This document shows, piece after piece, positions 1 through 40,885 of a stretch of 64,000 nucleotides of DNA. The notes beneath the pieces are model-generated. The model was not told where the DNA came from. It saw nothing but the letters and a program-made list of their open reading frames with translations, and ran no database searches. The stretch is from the NCBI GenBank assembly GCA_002269645.1, contig NIVC01000061.1:744001-808000 (forward strand). Direction: 5' to 3'. The DNA is from Macrostomum lignano (lineage: Eukaryota). How positions within the stretch are numbered: the stretch's first letter is position 1; each line of letters opens with the position of its first letter. The position numbers were made by a program, and so were the translations under genes.

Positions 1-370
1 CGCATTTATAAAACGGATTGTAGGATTCCACCCCTGACTCCTGGACTGTTCTGATACAGATTGCATCAACTTCTAGGGTGCACTAGGGTGAGGAGAGAGA
101 GAGAGTGGAGAGTTATGACTAGAGTTGGACAAACCTCGCTTCTTGGACAAATCTTAGGATGCAGGCTTCTCCGAAAAATACACTACGGAGATAGGAAGCT
201 TTCATTTTTCAGCACAAAAATGGTTATTGCTTGCGATAGGAGGCAGACTCAATGTTCATCTTTTTATATGTTGCGCCTTTCTTATATTATAGCTCTATTG
301 ATATTCATAAAGCTTTTTTGTTAAAAAAAACTAGGGTTCTATGTTAGTTTTTATTCTATGTATATTTGTA

Positions 371-551
371 CATGTCCTGTGCCTGAAAACCATTAAGATC
401 GCACAGCTCGACTCATTGGTTTTATGAGTCTATTTTATCAATCTTAGCTGACTGTGTAACAATATGTGTATCAGAGATGATAAAATAGACTCATAAAACC
501 AAACAGTCGAGCTGTGCGATGCATTTTTATGATTTTTTTGGTACAGGGAAT
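371..551. mobile_element. MITE-like inverted-repeat element
   Basis: Arms ATCGCACAGCTCGACT...TTTTATGAGTCTATTTTATCA (about 398-445) and its reverse complement (about 474-520), extending imperfectly to the ends. Confidence 0.6.
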
Positions 552-608
552 GCACGTGGAATAAAAAAACTAAGCTAGACCAAATTTATCATCTTTATCG
601 GTCATCAC

Positions 609-29070
<28,462 letters not shown>

Positions 29071-29551
29071 ATTGCGGCGCTTTCCTGACTACTATTATTA
29101 GTAGTAATTATAGCTATCAATACAGCCGGGTTTATTCGCATTTATAGTCTGCGTTGCCAATAGCAACGCCGAGACTCGGCTTTGCTTAAACGGCAAATTC
29201 GATCGATTTCTGGAATTCAAGGACGTTTTAAGTCAAGGACATTTCTTGGAAAACTTTCAAGGGCTCGCATTTTTTAAGAAGCCAATTGGGTATTAAGCCT
29301 CTGTCCAGGCCCTACGCTTTGTTTGTTTGCTAGGAGCCATATTTGTTTACAAAAAAACAAACTCTAAGAAGCCGTCAACACGAGCATTTATCTGCAAGCT
29401 ACATGTGTATTTTATTAACAGCATTGAAGTCAGAACAACACTCGTACAAGAATGCGCGCTTATGGAAACACACAGAAAACTAAAAATTGCGTTTAACTGC
29501 TAACACTATTTGTGTATTTTATAAGATCCTTGCTGTAGCTCCAGTCTGTCA

Positions 29552-29820
29552 AGGGCGATTCTGATGGCGGACTCAAGGGCGATTCTGATGGCGGACTCAG
29601 GGGCGATTCTGGTGGCGGACTCAGGGGCGATTCTAATGGCGGACTCAAGGGCGATTCTAATGGCGGACTCAAGGGCGATTCTAATGGCGGACTCAGGGCG
29701 ATTCTGGTGGCGGACTCAGGGGGCGATTCTAATGGCGGACTCAAGGGCGATTCTAATGGCGGACTCAGGGCGATTCTGGTGGCGGACTCAGGGGGCGATT
29801 CTGATGGCGGACTAAGGGGG
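29552..29820. repeat. ~24-bp minisatellite (GGGCGATTCTRATGGCGGACTCAR) between MRPS12 and SZT2
   Basis: Direct reading. Confidence 0.85.
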
Positions 29821-29867
29821 GTGGGGCTAATGGCAGATTCAGGGGAGAGTGAGTCACAGTTGAGTCA

Positions 29868-30476
29868 CTACTTAGGCACAGGCTTAACAACGTGAGCGCA
29901 GTCGTATTTGCCGCGCACAACTTTATGCTTGACGCCAATCAAGTCCTGACACCTGCCGCCTCTAACCAGCACCATATTGTGCTCCTGCAGGTTGTGCCCG
30001 ATGCCAGGCACGTAGGCCGTGATCTCGCGACCGTTGGACAGGCGGACTCGGACGCATCGCCGATTGGCCGAATTCGGCTTCTTCGGCTTACGAATCAGAG
30101 TTCGCAGTACAACGCCTTTCATAAACGGCCGGCCGTCCATGTGCCGATTGGGCGGCCGCTTCTTCATGATCGGCCCGTAGCGGGCCATGCGGTTCAGCAG
30201 GTTGTCGTCTTCCACGCAGGTTGGCAACTCGATGCTCCACCGGCTGCGAGGCACCACGGCTGTTTCGTCGAACAGTTCAAGGGAATCAGTGTTAGAGAAT
30301 CGCCGCTTGATGGTGCTGACAAAGCGAACTGGCAAGGACTGGAGCGCCGACAAGCAGGGAGTTCTGGTGGCTGCTGGCACTGCCAATGCTGTCTGCAGCC
30401 GGCCGCCTAGCAGCACTCGCTGGCATGCTGTGGAGGCTACCGACTGAGCAAGCGGCCTCATCAATCTGGCCAGCAT
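29868..30476 (-). CDS. MRPS12: Mitochondrial ribosomal protein S12 (uS12m), single coding exon
   Basis: ATG at 30476 gives an Arg/Ala/Leu-rich, acid-poor targeting-like leader [13 protein letters not shown]; S12 core [35 protein letters not shown]...[13 protein letters not shown]...[13 protein letters not shown]. Confidence 0.93.
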   Translation of the reverse strand: MLARLMRPLAQSVASTACQRVLLGGRLQTALAVPAATRTPCLSALQSLPVRFVSTIKRRFSNTDSLELFDETAVVPRSRWSIELPTCVEDDNLLNRMARYGPIMKKRPPNRHMDGRPFMKGVVLRTLIRKPKKPNSANRRCVRVRLSNGREITAYVPGIGHNLQEHNMVLVRGGRCQDLIGVKHKVVRGKYDCAHVVKPVPK

Positions 30477-30627
30477 CCCGGGAATTGATTTCGATTTTCT
30501 ATAAATACGATTTGTGTGACGTATTGCACACCCGCGGCTATACAGCATTAAAAAACAATCAAAAGCACGTGATAATCGAATCAGGTAAGATATATTCACA
30601 CTCATTACCTTTATATGTTAGCTTTAA

Positions 30628-32478
30628 CCTTCAGCGGGCCCTCACTCAGCTCCTTCAGCGGACCCTCCCTCAGATCCTTCAGCGGACCCTCCCTCAGATC
30701 CTTGAGCGGGCCCTCCCTCAGATCCTTCAGCGGACCCTCCCTCAGATCCTTCAGCGGGCCCTCCCTCAGGTTCTTCAGCGGGCCCTCCCTCAGATCCTTC
30801 AGCGGGCCCTCCCTCAGGTCCTTCAGCGGGCCCTCCTTCAGGTCCTTCAGCGGGCCCTCCCTCAGATCCTTCAGCGGGCCCTCCCTCAGATCCTTCAGCG
30901 GGCCCTCCCTCAGATCCTTCAGGGGGCCCTCCCTCAGATCCTTCAGCGGGCCCTCCCTCAGATCCTTCAGCGGGCCCTCCCTCAGATCTTTTAGAGGACC
31001 CTCCCTCAGGTCCTTCAGCGGGCCCTCCCTCAGATCTTTTAGAGGACCCTCCCTCAGATCCTTCAGCGGGCCTTCACTCAGATCCTTCAGCAGGCCTTCA
31101 CTCAGATCCTTCAGCGGGCCTTCTCTCAGATCCTTCAGCGGGCTCAGACCCTTCAGCGGGCTCAGACCCTTCAGCGGGCCCTCCCTCAGATCCTTCAGCG
31201 GGCCCTCCTTCAGGTCCTTCAGCGGGCCCTCCCTCAGATCCTTCAGCGGGCCCTCCCTCAGATCCTTCAGCGGGCCCTCCCTCAGATCCTTCAGCGGGCC
31301 CTCCCTCAGATCCTTCAGCGGGCCCTCCCTCAGATCCTTCAGCGGGCCCTCCCTCAGATCTTTTAGAGGACCCTCCCTCAGGTCCTTCAGCGGGCCCTCC
31401 CTCAGATCCTTCAGCGGGCCCTCCCTCAGATCCTTCAGCGGGCCCTCCCTCAGATCCTTCAGCGGGCCCTCCCTCAGATCCTTCAGCGGGCCCTCCCTCA
31501 GATCTTTTAGAGGACCCTCCCTCAGATCCTTCAGCGGGCTCAGACCCTTCAGCGGGCCCTCCCTCAGATCCTTCAGCGGGCCCTCCCTCAGATCTTTTAG
31601 AGGACCCTCCCTCAGGTCCTTCAGCGGGCCCTCCCTCAGATCCTTCAGCGGGCCCTCCCTCAGATCCTTCAGCGGGCCCTCCCTCAGATCCTTCAGCGGG
31701 CCTTCACTCAGATCCTTCAGCAGGCCTTCACTCAGATCCTTCAGCGGGCCTTCCCTCAGATCCTTCAGCGGGCTCAGACCCTTCAGCGGGCCCTCCCTCA
31801 GATCCTTCAGCGGGCCCTCCCTTAGATCCTTCAGCGGGCCCTCCCTCAGATCCTTCAACGGGCCTTCCCTCAGATCCTTCAGCGGGCCCTCCCTTAGATC
31901 CTTCAGCGGGCCCTCCCTCAGACCCTTCAGCGGGCCCTCCCTCAGATCCTTCAACGGGCCTTCACTCAGATCCTTCAGCGGGCCTTCACTCAGATCCTTC
32001 AACGGGCCTTCACTCAGATCCTTCAGCGGGCCTTCACTCAGACCCTTCAGCGGGCTCAGATCCTTCAGCAGGCCCTCCCTCAGATCCTTCAGCGGGCCCT
32101 CCCTTAAATCCTTCAGCGGGCCCTCCCTCAGATCCTTCAGCGGGCCCTCCCTCAGATCTTTTAGAGGACCCTCCCTCAGATCCTTCAGCGGGCCTTCACT
32201 CAGATCCTTCAGCAGGCCTTCACTCAGATCCTTCAGCGGGCCTTCCCTCAGATCCTTCAGCGGGCTCAGATCCTTCAGCGGGCCCTCCCTCAGATCCTTC
32301 AGCGGGCCCTCCCTTAAATCCTTCAGCGGGCCCTCCCTCAGATCCTTCAACGGGCCTTCACTCAGATCCTTCAGCGGGCCTTCACTCAGACCCTTCAGCG
32401 GGCCCTCCCTCAGATCCTTCAGCGGGCCTTCACTCAGATCCTTCAGCGGGCCTTCCCTCAGATCCTTCAGCGGGCCCT
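30628..32478. repeat. 24-bp minisatellite (CAGATCCTTCAGCGGGCCCTCCCT), about 75 copies, with 15-bp half units
   Basis: Direct reading. Confidence 0.95.
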
Positions 32479-33136
32479 ACAATGCCACAGCACCCCCTTA
32501 GATTCTGAATTACTTTAAGTACAGGAGATGTAATTTGCCTAAGTTAATTTCAGAGCAATTAGATAAAAGCAGAGAAAGAGCAATACAAGTGAGCATCTGA
32601 TACGCCTTGATCTGTGTATATTTAATTACTTGACATGCAGTGAAGAGCGGCGTGACTTATTGCTATTTATAATTCAATTTTAATTGAACGAACCGCAAGA
32701 ACTTGACGTGGCATTCTCTAGAGCGATAAACAGACACAAGTAATACAGAAAAAATTCAATAATTTAGAAAGCAGCAGCACATGACTTTCCAAACTTTGCT
32801 CAATGTAAGCATCGGCTACTATAAGTAATAATTTGCGGCCAAAACTTCTGTATTGGTATAATTCACCTGCACCCACGCGTACGAGGGGGGACATTGGACA
32901 AAAACTGTACAAAATCAAGGAAAACCAAAATGGAATAAGAGCTATCATATCATGTTTTTTTAAAGCGCGCACGCAAGCAGCACACAGTAAGGGAGGGCAA
33001 ATCAAAACTTTGAAAACTCTATAAGGGATTTTTCTTATTATGACTAATCTTCAAATCATAGAAATTGGCTCACGCAAATCTTCGGCTCCAGATTCAACTT
33101 AACTCGATAAATTTACTAATAAGAGTAGCTGTCAAT

Positions 33137-33850
33137 GCTCATGGGGGAATTGCTGAGATGCCAAGGCTCATGGGGAATTGCTGAGATGCCAAGGCTCATG
33201 GGGAAATTGCTGAGATGCCAAGGCTCATGGGGGAATTGCTGAGATGCCAAGGCTCGTGGGGAAATTGCTGAGATGCCAAGGCTCATGGGGGGAATTGCTG
33301 AGATGCCAAGGCTCATGGGGGGGGGAATTGCTGAGATGCCAAGGCTCATGGGGGGGAATTGCTGAGATGCCAAGGCTCATGGGGGAATTGCTGAGATGCC
33401 AAGGCTCATGGGGAAATTGCTGAGATGCCAAGGCTCATGGGGGAATTGCTGAGATGCCAAGGCTCATGGGGAAATTGCTGAGATGCCAAGGCTCATGGGG
33501 GGAATTGCTGAGATGCCAAGGCTCATGGGGAATTGCTGAGATGCCAAGGCTCATGGGGGGGAATTGCAGAGATGCCAAGGCTCATGGGGGGAATTGCTGA
33601 GATGCCAAGGCTCATGGGGGAATTGCTGAGATGCCAAGGCTCATGGGGGAATTGCTGAGATGCCAAGGCTCATGGGGAAATTGCTGAGATGCCAAGGCTC
33701 ATGGGGAAATTGCTGAGATGCCAAGGCTCATGGGGGGGGGAATTGCTGAGATGCCAAGGCTCATGGGGAAATTGCTGAGATGCCAAGGCTCATGGGGGGA
33801 ATTACTGAGATGCCAAGGCTCATGGGGGAATTGCTGAGATTTCATAGGGG
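33137..33850. repeat. ~29-bp minisatellite (GCTCATG[G]nAATTGCTGAGATGCCAAG) with a variable G run
   Basis: Direct reading. Confidence 0.9.
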
Positions 33851-35319
33851 AAACATCATTTTCCTTTAAGAAACTAACAATAGTAACTGTACAATGTCAA
33901 AAGCATGTACATGTAGTTTATTAAAAAAAATTTTCCTTTCTAAAGTAGCCTCCCCAACGGGGTCGCAGATTGTTAGTCTTTACTATCTGATAGTGGTACA
34001 AGCGCGTGAACACTTATTTAATGAGTATTTTAAAAAAAGCAACAAAAAGCATCGATGTTTTACCTTTCACCTGCTGGCTATTTAAACTATTTGATGCACA
34101 CTGCTTTATACAAATCATAAAATTGAAATCTGTCGTTCAAGAATCACACGAAGCCTGACAAAAGGAGTTTCAAATTATTTTTTTTTATAAACAAACTTGA
34201 TAGTCTGGTCTGGAATTTTAACAGAAGCGGAACAAAAACACTAGCAAAAGATATCTGCCTACAAACAGAGGATAAATGATAAATTAAGACTCGAAGCAAT
34301 ATTGCTTTTTTTCAAATTCTATTTGAAAGGTAACCGAACTTCTATTTCGAAGATGAGCGCAATATCAAATGATAAAATTTGACTCGATTTTTTCTGATTT
34401 CTCGCGCTTCTATTTGCTAGAAATTACTTTCTTTCTTAGAAAATCGATTTTAAAGGTATCTTAAATAATAAGCATTGCTCTTGAGATCAGTTTTGCTATA
34501 TTTAGCTATTTAGACACCACCCCCATCATTTAAAGCTCCGCATCTGTTCATCAGACTAAAGCAACAAAAAAGGGAATCAAAAACCTGCAAAACAATTTGC
34601 AAGGATTACTACTGAAAAACTCGGGACGCAGAACTTAAACTTGGTAGGAATTTGTATACCATTCTAAAATCAGCCATACTGCTGGCCTTAAATAGTCAGT
34701 GTTACGCTAATTAGTTAGAGACTTTTTACCATAGAGAATGCTTTCAGGCGGGCCTTGAAGAAAATTCCCACTAAGTTTTAGGTTCCGCGCAAAGATCATA
34801 TATACACAAGATGGTGGTGGCCATAGAAGCTAATGTAAATAATTTTGCATCTCGCGACAGCGCGAAAATCAACTACTGAACTCAATTTCATCAGTAGTCT
34901 CTGCAGTTAATTCATCATTCTTAGTTGAATTGAGCATTCGTTTAATTAATTCATGAGAAGTTTTATTGAATTCTCAAAAAATAGCGTCTATGTCCTTAAG
35001 CTACTGAACTCAAATTTATAAGCAACCTATGTCGGCTTTTTCCCAACAAGTGACGAAAAAAAGCGGTCGCACTTTCCCTATTAACGCCATACGAAGTGGC
35101 CTATCTTAGGGAATATAAGATCTATGGTTCTGCGTCCTGAGTTTTTCAGCAGTCCTTGACAATTTACTCGATTAATTACGTAATTGAAAAAACATGATTT
35201 TCATATAGAATTCAAGTTTGTTTTGCTTGCTTCTTTACTCTGTCTCTGGTTAGTATACGGCCTTATTAGTCTCGTAAGATAGAAGATCACGATTTTTCGG
35301 CCTCTCTATTCGCGTGAAA

Positions 35320-35910
35320 CGACTGTTACATGAGCACTGTGTGGTCAAGGCTGCTGTTACATGAGCACTGTGTGGTCAAGGCTGCTGTTACATGAGCACT
35401 GTGTGGTCAAGGCTGCTGTTACATGAGCACTGTGTGGTCAAGGCTGCTGTTACATGAGCACTGTGTGGTCAAGGCTGCTGTTACATGAGCACTGTGTGGT
35501 CAAGGCTGCTGTTACATGAGCACTGTGTGGTCAAGGCTGCTGTTACATGAGCACTGTGTGGTTAAGGCTGCTGTTACATGAGCACTGTGTGGTTAAGGCT
35601 GCTGTTACATGAGCACTGTGTGGTTAAGGCTGCTGTTACATGAGCACTGTGTGGTTAAGGCTGCTGTTACATGAGCACTGTGTGGTTAAGGCTGCTGTTA
35701 CATGAGCACTGTGTGGTCAAGGCTGCTGTTACATGAGCACTGTGTGGTTAAGGCTGCTGTTACATGAGCACTGTGTGGTTAAGGCTGCTGTTACATGAGC
35801 ACTGTGTGGTTAAGGCTGCTGTTACATGAGCACTGTGTGGTTAAGGCTGCTGTTACATGAGCACTGTGTGGTGAAGGCTGCTGTTACATGAGCACTGAGT
35901 GGTGAAGGCT
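35320..35910. repeat. 31-bp minisatellite (CTGTTACATGAGCACTGTGTGGTYAAGGCTG)
   Basis: About 19 copies. Confidence 0.95.
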
Positions 35911-36131
35911 CAAGTCTCTCCAGGTGGGAAAATCGTTTTTTTCTCTCGAGTAAACTGTTTTTACAGGTTCTCTTTCATTCATTTTTTGCTTTAATCTGCT
36001 TAAACAGATGCGCTAAGGTAGGTAGGTCTTCATAATCCTGACGAAATAGAAGTTAATTATTAACAAGCAGAAGTTGAAAAAGCAAATTTTGGAGCGGAAC
36101 TCAACAGAAGACAGTTGCGGGACTAAGCGGA

Positions 36132-39100
36132 TCAGCTGTGAATGGCCTTGTCCAGGTGATTTGGAGCGTCAGCAAACCAAGACTTGAGCTTGAAGGCTTC
36201 GGCCAGCAGCAGGGTGACCTCCTCGTCGCCCCACTGATGCGTTGGCAGGTCCTGCAGCATCAGCATGAGGCCTTGGAAGTCCGATTCGCGTTTGAGGTCG
36301 CGCGAGAAGCGCAGTAGGAATGCAGCGCACACGTACAGGTGAAAATGTGAGAAGCCGTCAACTTCAGACTGCGGGATTCATGAGATGTGGCGTGAAGAAT
36401 CTCCATCAAATTAGAGGCATTTGAAATCAGTTCTAAATTTTTGCAGGACTGTCCCACAATTCTGCCCATTCCGCGCTCTCCTGAGCACACTGTGCGCTGG
36501 CAGCCACTCATGCACACAGGGTGTTACAGCGGCTCTGACTTTCTAAGCGTCAGGCATGTGCACTCTCTGTGCCTTGGGGTGGGAACTAATAGAACTCATT
36601 AGAATTATTACTGTAGAATCTCATTAGAGCTTATACAATCTTACTAGGAGAACTAATAGCATCTCATTGGAACTAATACAATCTTATTAGGGAAACTAAT
36701 GGCATCTCATTAGGGAAACTAATAGCATCTCATTGTTGGAACTAATAGAATCTCATTAGGGGAACTAAAAGCATCTCATTAGGGAAACTAATAGCATTTC
36801 ATTAGGGAAACTAATAGCATCTCATTAGGGAACTAATAGCATCCAATTAGGGGAATTAATAGCATCTCATTAAGGGAACTAATTACATCTTATTGGAACT
36901 AATAGAATCTCATTGTTGAAACAAATAGAATCTCATTAGAGCTAATAGCTGTAATTCTACTGTTATTAGACACTATTAGATTCTACTATTATACACCCAT
37001 AATGGCCAACCATCAAGGCACCGAGGGTGTGCATTCCAGATGATGGGAAAGTCAGGGCGGCTGTACACTCCATGTAAATTGCCTCAGCGCTGGTTGTGAA
37101 ACGATATCGTCAAAGGGCTCCCTGCGAATTTTGTTTTTTTTCTAACCCGCTTGTCAGAAACTCACGTGATACGTGTCCCACAGCCGGATAATGCAGCGCA
37201 AAGGAATCTCCCGCATTAGTAAATTATTCATCCAGCGGAAGGCGAATTGCAGGTACTCAACATCGTGCCGTTCCAGGTGCGAATCCAAATCACCTGATAA
37301 ATAAATTTGGGAATAAAGACGGGTTCAGAGAGGCTTTTGGATTGGGATTTACGATCATAATAAATTTTTACGGCTAAATCTATGGCAATATGGAATATAA
37401 AAGCTACGTAGTTTACCTGAAGAGGGGCAAGATTACTAGTCTAATATACTAGTTAAACATTATGAATAAAAATAGACAAATTAGAGATTATAAAAGCTAC
37501 CCCAAGGGGGGGGGCAAAACAGCTAGTCTAATATACTAATTGAACATTATGAATATGCATAGACAGATAGAAATTATAAAAGCTACCCCAGGGGGGGGGC
37601 AAATCGGCTAGTCTAATATACTAATTAAACATTATGAATATGCATAGACAGATTAGAAATTGTAAAAGCTACCCCAAGGGGGGCAAATTGGCTAGTCTAA
37701 TATACTAATTGAACATTATGAATATACATAGGCAGATTAGAGTCGATAAAAGCTGGGACTGACTACTAGTCAAAAATGCCAGAATTGCCTAATACGAAGA
37801 AACTTTATTAATTAGCTATCTCACTACCCACCATCAACTCGTTGTATAATCTTCCTGAGTGCCAGCACATTCTGCTGGATGCCAGGCTGCGGGAACACGA
37901 AGTTCTCCTGTATGGTGTCCAGCAGTGCCGACAGGGACCAATAGCAGTCTGCCTCGATGCTGGCTAATTCACTATCGTTCGGCGGCTCGCCGCGCAATCT
38001 CAAACGATCGCTCGAGTCAACGTCTACAGTGCAATATTCGGATAGGTAAACTATGAAATATGGCGTTACAAGGTCATTCATGCCCTGCACGTAGGTGCTC
38101 GCCGGTCGGCGCATGCTCCAGATGAATAGTATTCGGGCGAACACCTGGCAAAAGGTAAATTAAAATGAGGTGACAAATAGCTAAATTCAATGAAAAATTT
38201 CTACTAGTCTGAGCTACTGCACGTTTGTTAAATTTTCAAATATATATATAGACCTATTACTTTTACGTTTTACCGATACTAATAGCCCACCCCAATCATC
38301 AGTGACCCCTCTCGCAACGATCCAGTGGGTCAAAACTGTACAATAATTCTACACCACTAAAGTACAGTCATGCCGCAGACCATAGACTATACTGTACAAT
38401 AATTCTACACCACTAAAGTACAGTCATGCCGCGGACCATAGACTATACTGTACAATAATTCTACACCACTAAAGTACAGTGATTCCGCGGACCATAGACT
38501 ATACTGTACAATAATTCTACACCACTAAAGTACAGTCATGCCGCGGACCATAGACTATACTGTACAATAATTCTACACCTCTAAAGTACAGTGATTCCGC
38601 GGACCATAGACTATACTGTACAATAATACCACACCACTAAAGTACAGTCATGCGAATTCGCGCAGACCATAGACTATACTGTACAATAATTCTACACCAC
38701 TAAAGTACAGTGATTCCGCGGACCATAGACTATACTGTACAATAATTCTACACCACTAAAGTACAGTGATTCCGCGGACCATAGACTATACTGTACAATA
38801 ATTCTACACCACTAAAGTACAGTCATGCCGCGGACCATAGACTATACTGTACAATAATTCTACACCTCTAAAGTACAGTGATTCCGCGGACCATAGACTA
38901 TACTGTACAATAATACCACACCACTAAAGTACAGTCATGCGAATTCGCGCAGACCATAGACTATACTGTACAATAATTCTACACCACTAAAGTACAGTGA
39001 TGCCGCAGACCATAGACTATACTGTACAATAATTCTACACCACTAAAGTACAGTGATGCCGCGGACCATAGACTATACTGTCAATAATTCCACACCACTA

Positions 39101-40885
39101 AAGTACAGTCATGCCGCGGACCATAGACTATACTGTCAATAATTCCACACCACTAAAGTACAGTCATGCCGCGGACCATAGACTATACTGTACAATAACT
39201 ACTTGTCATTTGTCTACATTCCATGCCTGATTTTGAAAGTGCCAAAACTAAACTAATACTCAGTTTAAATTGAGCATGCCTAAATCATACTCATTCTCAA
39301 ATTTTGCAATCCAATCTCTTTATAACTAAGTTTAAGGAAACCATTTAAGACACGCATCGACATGGTAGGTGCCATAAACTATTACCTGATGAAACTGAGT
39401 ATGCTCAGCCAGCACAGTCATGCGCACCAAATCCTTCAATATCTGCTTGTACATGCCGTCGTTAGCCGGCTGAGTTCTCTTGCCATAGTATTCGTCAACC
39501 ATGCCAGCGTACATTCGTCGTTTCTCTTGAAGCACCGCGGCCCGCCTAGAGGAATTCACCGGTGCATATTTAATGAGCAGTTTCCACACAATCGGCGCAC
39601 AGTATGAGTGACGCCCGACCAGGCCAGCCGGCGCAGCTCGTCCATATTAGTGGCGGCAGCGCCTATCAGGGAGGCGAATTTCGACTCCTTCTCAACTGTG
39701 TCGGCCGACTTGCCGCCGCTAGCGTTACTGCCGCCGCCGCCAGCGTCCTCTGATAGTCTACGGTGGGCGCAATAGATGCTGTGAATCTGAGCTGTCGAAT
39801 AGCCACTCTGACGGACGCCTAGACCGGGCGCTGGAAGCTTCGGTTTTGCTCGGTTTGGCTGCTGCCGTTGCTGTTGTGGTTGCTGCTGCTGCTGCTGCTG
39901 CTGCAGTTCTTTGGCAGATTGAGCAGAAGATGCGACTGAAGGAGTCGCCTTGCTGCTGCTGCTGCCAACCGATCGGCGATGATTCTCAATCACCTGCGGG
40001 TGCGCGGCTATAAATATAGCAAGCGGCATCCTCAACTGGCGCTGACCCGTTCCGAGAACTAATTGCCCAGCAACCTCTTATGGAGGATTCAACAACACGG
40101 GAGCCCTAAAATTAACGTGGCCTGAAATTGGTATCCAGGTCAAGAAGCGTCCCAGAATCATTTGCGTCGTCATAGAAACCTTTCAGAGTCGTTGCATGTT
40201 AAAACAGGTAAAAGGAAAAAGTAAAAGTCGCCAAAGAGAGTCGCCTAAGATTCAATTTTTGGCGTTTAATTGTCTGCGACTCTGGGGCGCTTTTATACTG
40301 ACTCTGGGGCCGTTGAGTCGTATCTGAGGCGTGCCGGAGTCGCTGTAAAATCACTGAGTTGATTCTAAAGCGCATTTATAACAACTCTATTTAGCCTACT
40401 TTGGTTAGTAGAAAGTAAAGCGCTGACACAGCGACTCTTGGACGACTCTTTACGATTCTACAACTCACGTGATGCACTCGTGACTCAACAATCGCCTTTC
40501 CATCGCATTACAATAGTTTGAGTCGTGAGTTGTTTACAAGGACTCTTTAGCAATTCTCGTCATGGTAACGTTTTCAATGGGTTGATCATATATATTACAT
40601 CACTGCTAATTACCTGATTAGCGGTGGCGCTAGCCAATGAAGCCGAGTGCTGTACCTGGCTGAGAAACTCCTCATCATTGGCATCCCAGACGTCGTCGGT
40701 GCCCCGGTTGAACTTGTCAAAAGCCAGCCGGCTCTGTGAATTGTTTGACGCAATGATTGCCGCTTTGACAGTCTGCTGGCCTAGCTGAGAGGGAGAGCAG
40801 GCCGAAGATGGCCACCAGGTCTGTACAGCTTGCTAGCGCAATTGATGGAGCCAAAGTGCTGTACGCTGCTGCGTGTAGGAGGCAT
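36132..40885 (-). CDS. TBC1D22: TBC1 domain family member 22 (Rab-GAP); 5' end uncertain; two 1-nt frameshifts
   Basis: Exons: about 40885/40868-40614, 39993-39386, 38144-37832, 37293-37166, 36368-36132. Motifs: SVQHFG, DDVWDANDEE, LRRLAWSG..VR[P]IVWKLL, YVQGMNDLVTPYF, EADCYW, YLQFAFRWMNNLLMREIPLRCIIRLWDTY, GFSHFHLYVCAAFL, LAEAFKLKSWF. Confidence 0.9.
36486..37080. mobile_element. Foldback/MITE-like element: imperfect long inverted arms around an internal ~22-bp minisatellite
   Basis: GTGTTACAGCGGCTCTGACTTTC...TGCCTTG (about 36520-36575) mirrors the reverse complement of 37016-37070; internal CTAATAGCATCTCATTAGGGAA repeats. Confidence 0.5.
37440..37769 (+). mobile_element. Head-to-tail array of ~85-bp Helitron-like mini units
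   Basis: Units 37440-37526, 37527-37611, 37612-37695, 37696-37769. Each begins TCTAATATACTA and ends CTAG; the first three carry a CCCC(A)AGGGG hairpin before the CTAG; junctions read CTAG|TC. Confidence 0.55.
38335..39198. repeat. 56-bp satellite in a TBC1D22 intron
   Basis: TACTGTACAATAATTCTACACCACTAAAGTACAGTCATGCCGCGGACCATAGACTA, about 15 copies. Confidence 0.9.

Noticed and set aside
570-608. SZT2 C-terminus at the stop at 570
   Set aside because: An AAG|GTGATG donor at 608 and missing C-terminal homology indicate the gene continues beyond the window.
30477-30605. N-terminal extension of MRPS12 from the ORF track
   Set aside because: Starts at GTG in AT-rich sequence with splice-acceptor features; ATG 30476 gives a typical targeting leader.
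30611-32501. 579-aa and 628-aa ORFs on both strands (PLKDLREG / SFSGPSLR repeats)
   Set aside because: A stop-free 24-bp minisatellite is open on both strands, with no signal peptide or unique domain; treated as non-coding, though expression was not testable.
34729-35127. Possible MITE with CCATAGA...TCTATGG ends
   Set aside because: Only a 7-bp inverted match and no clear TSD; not supportable without a genome search.
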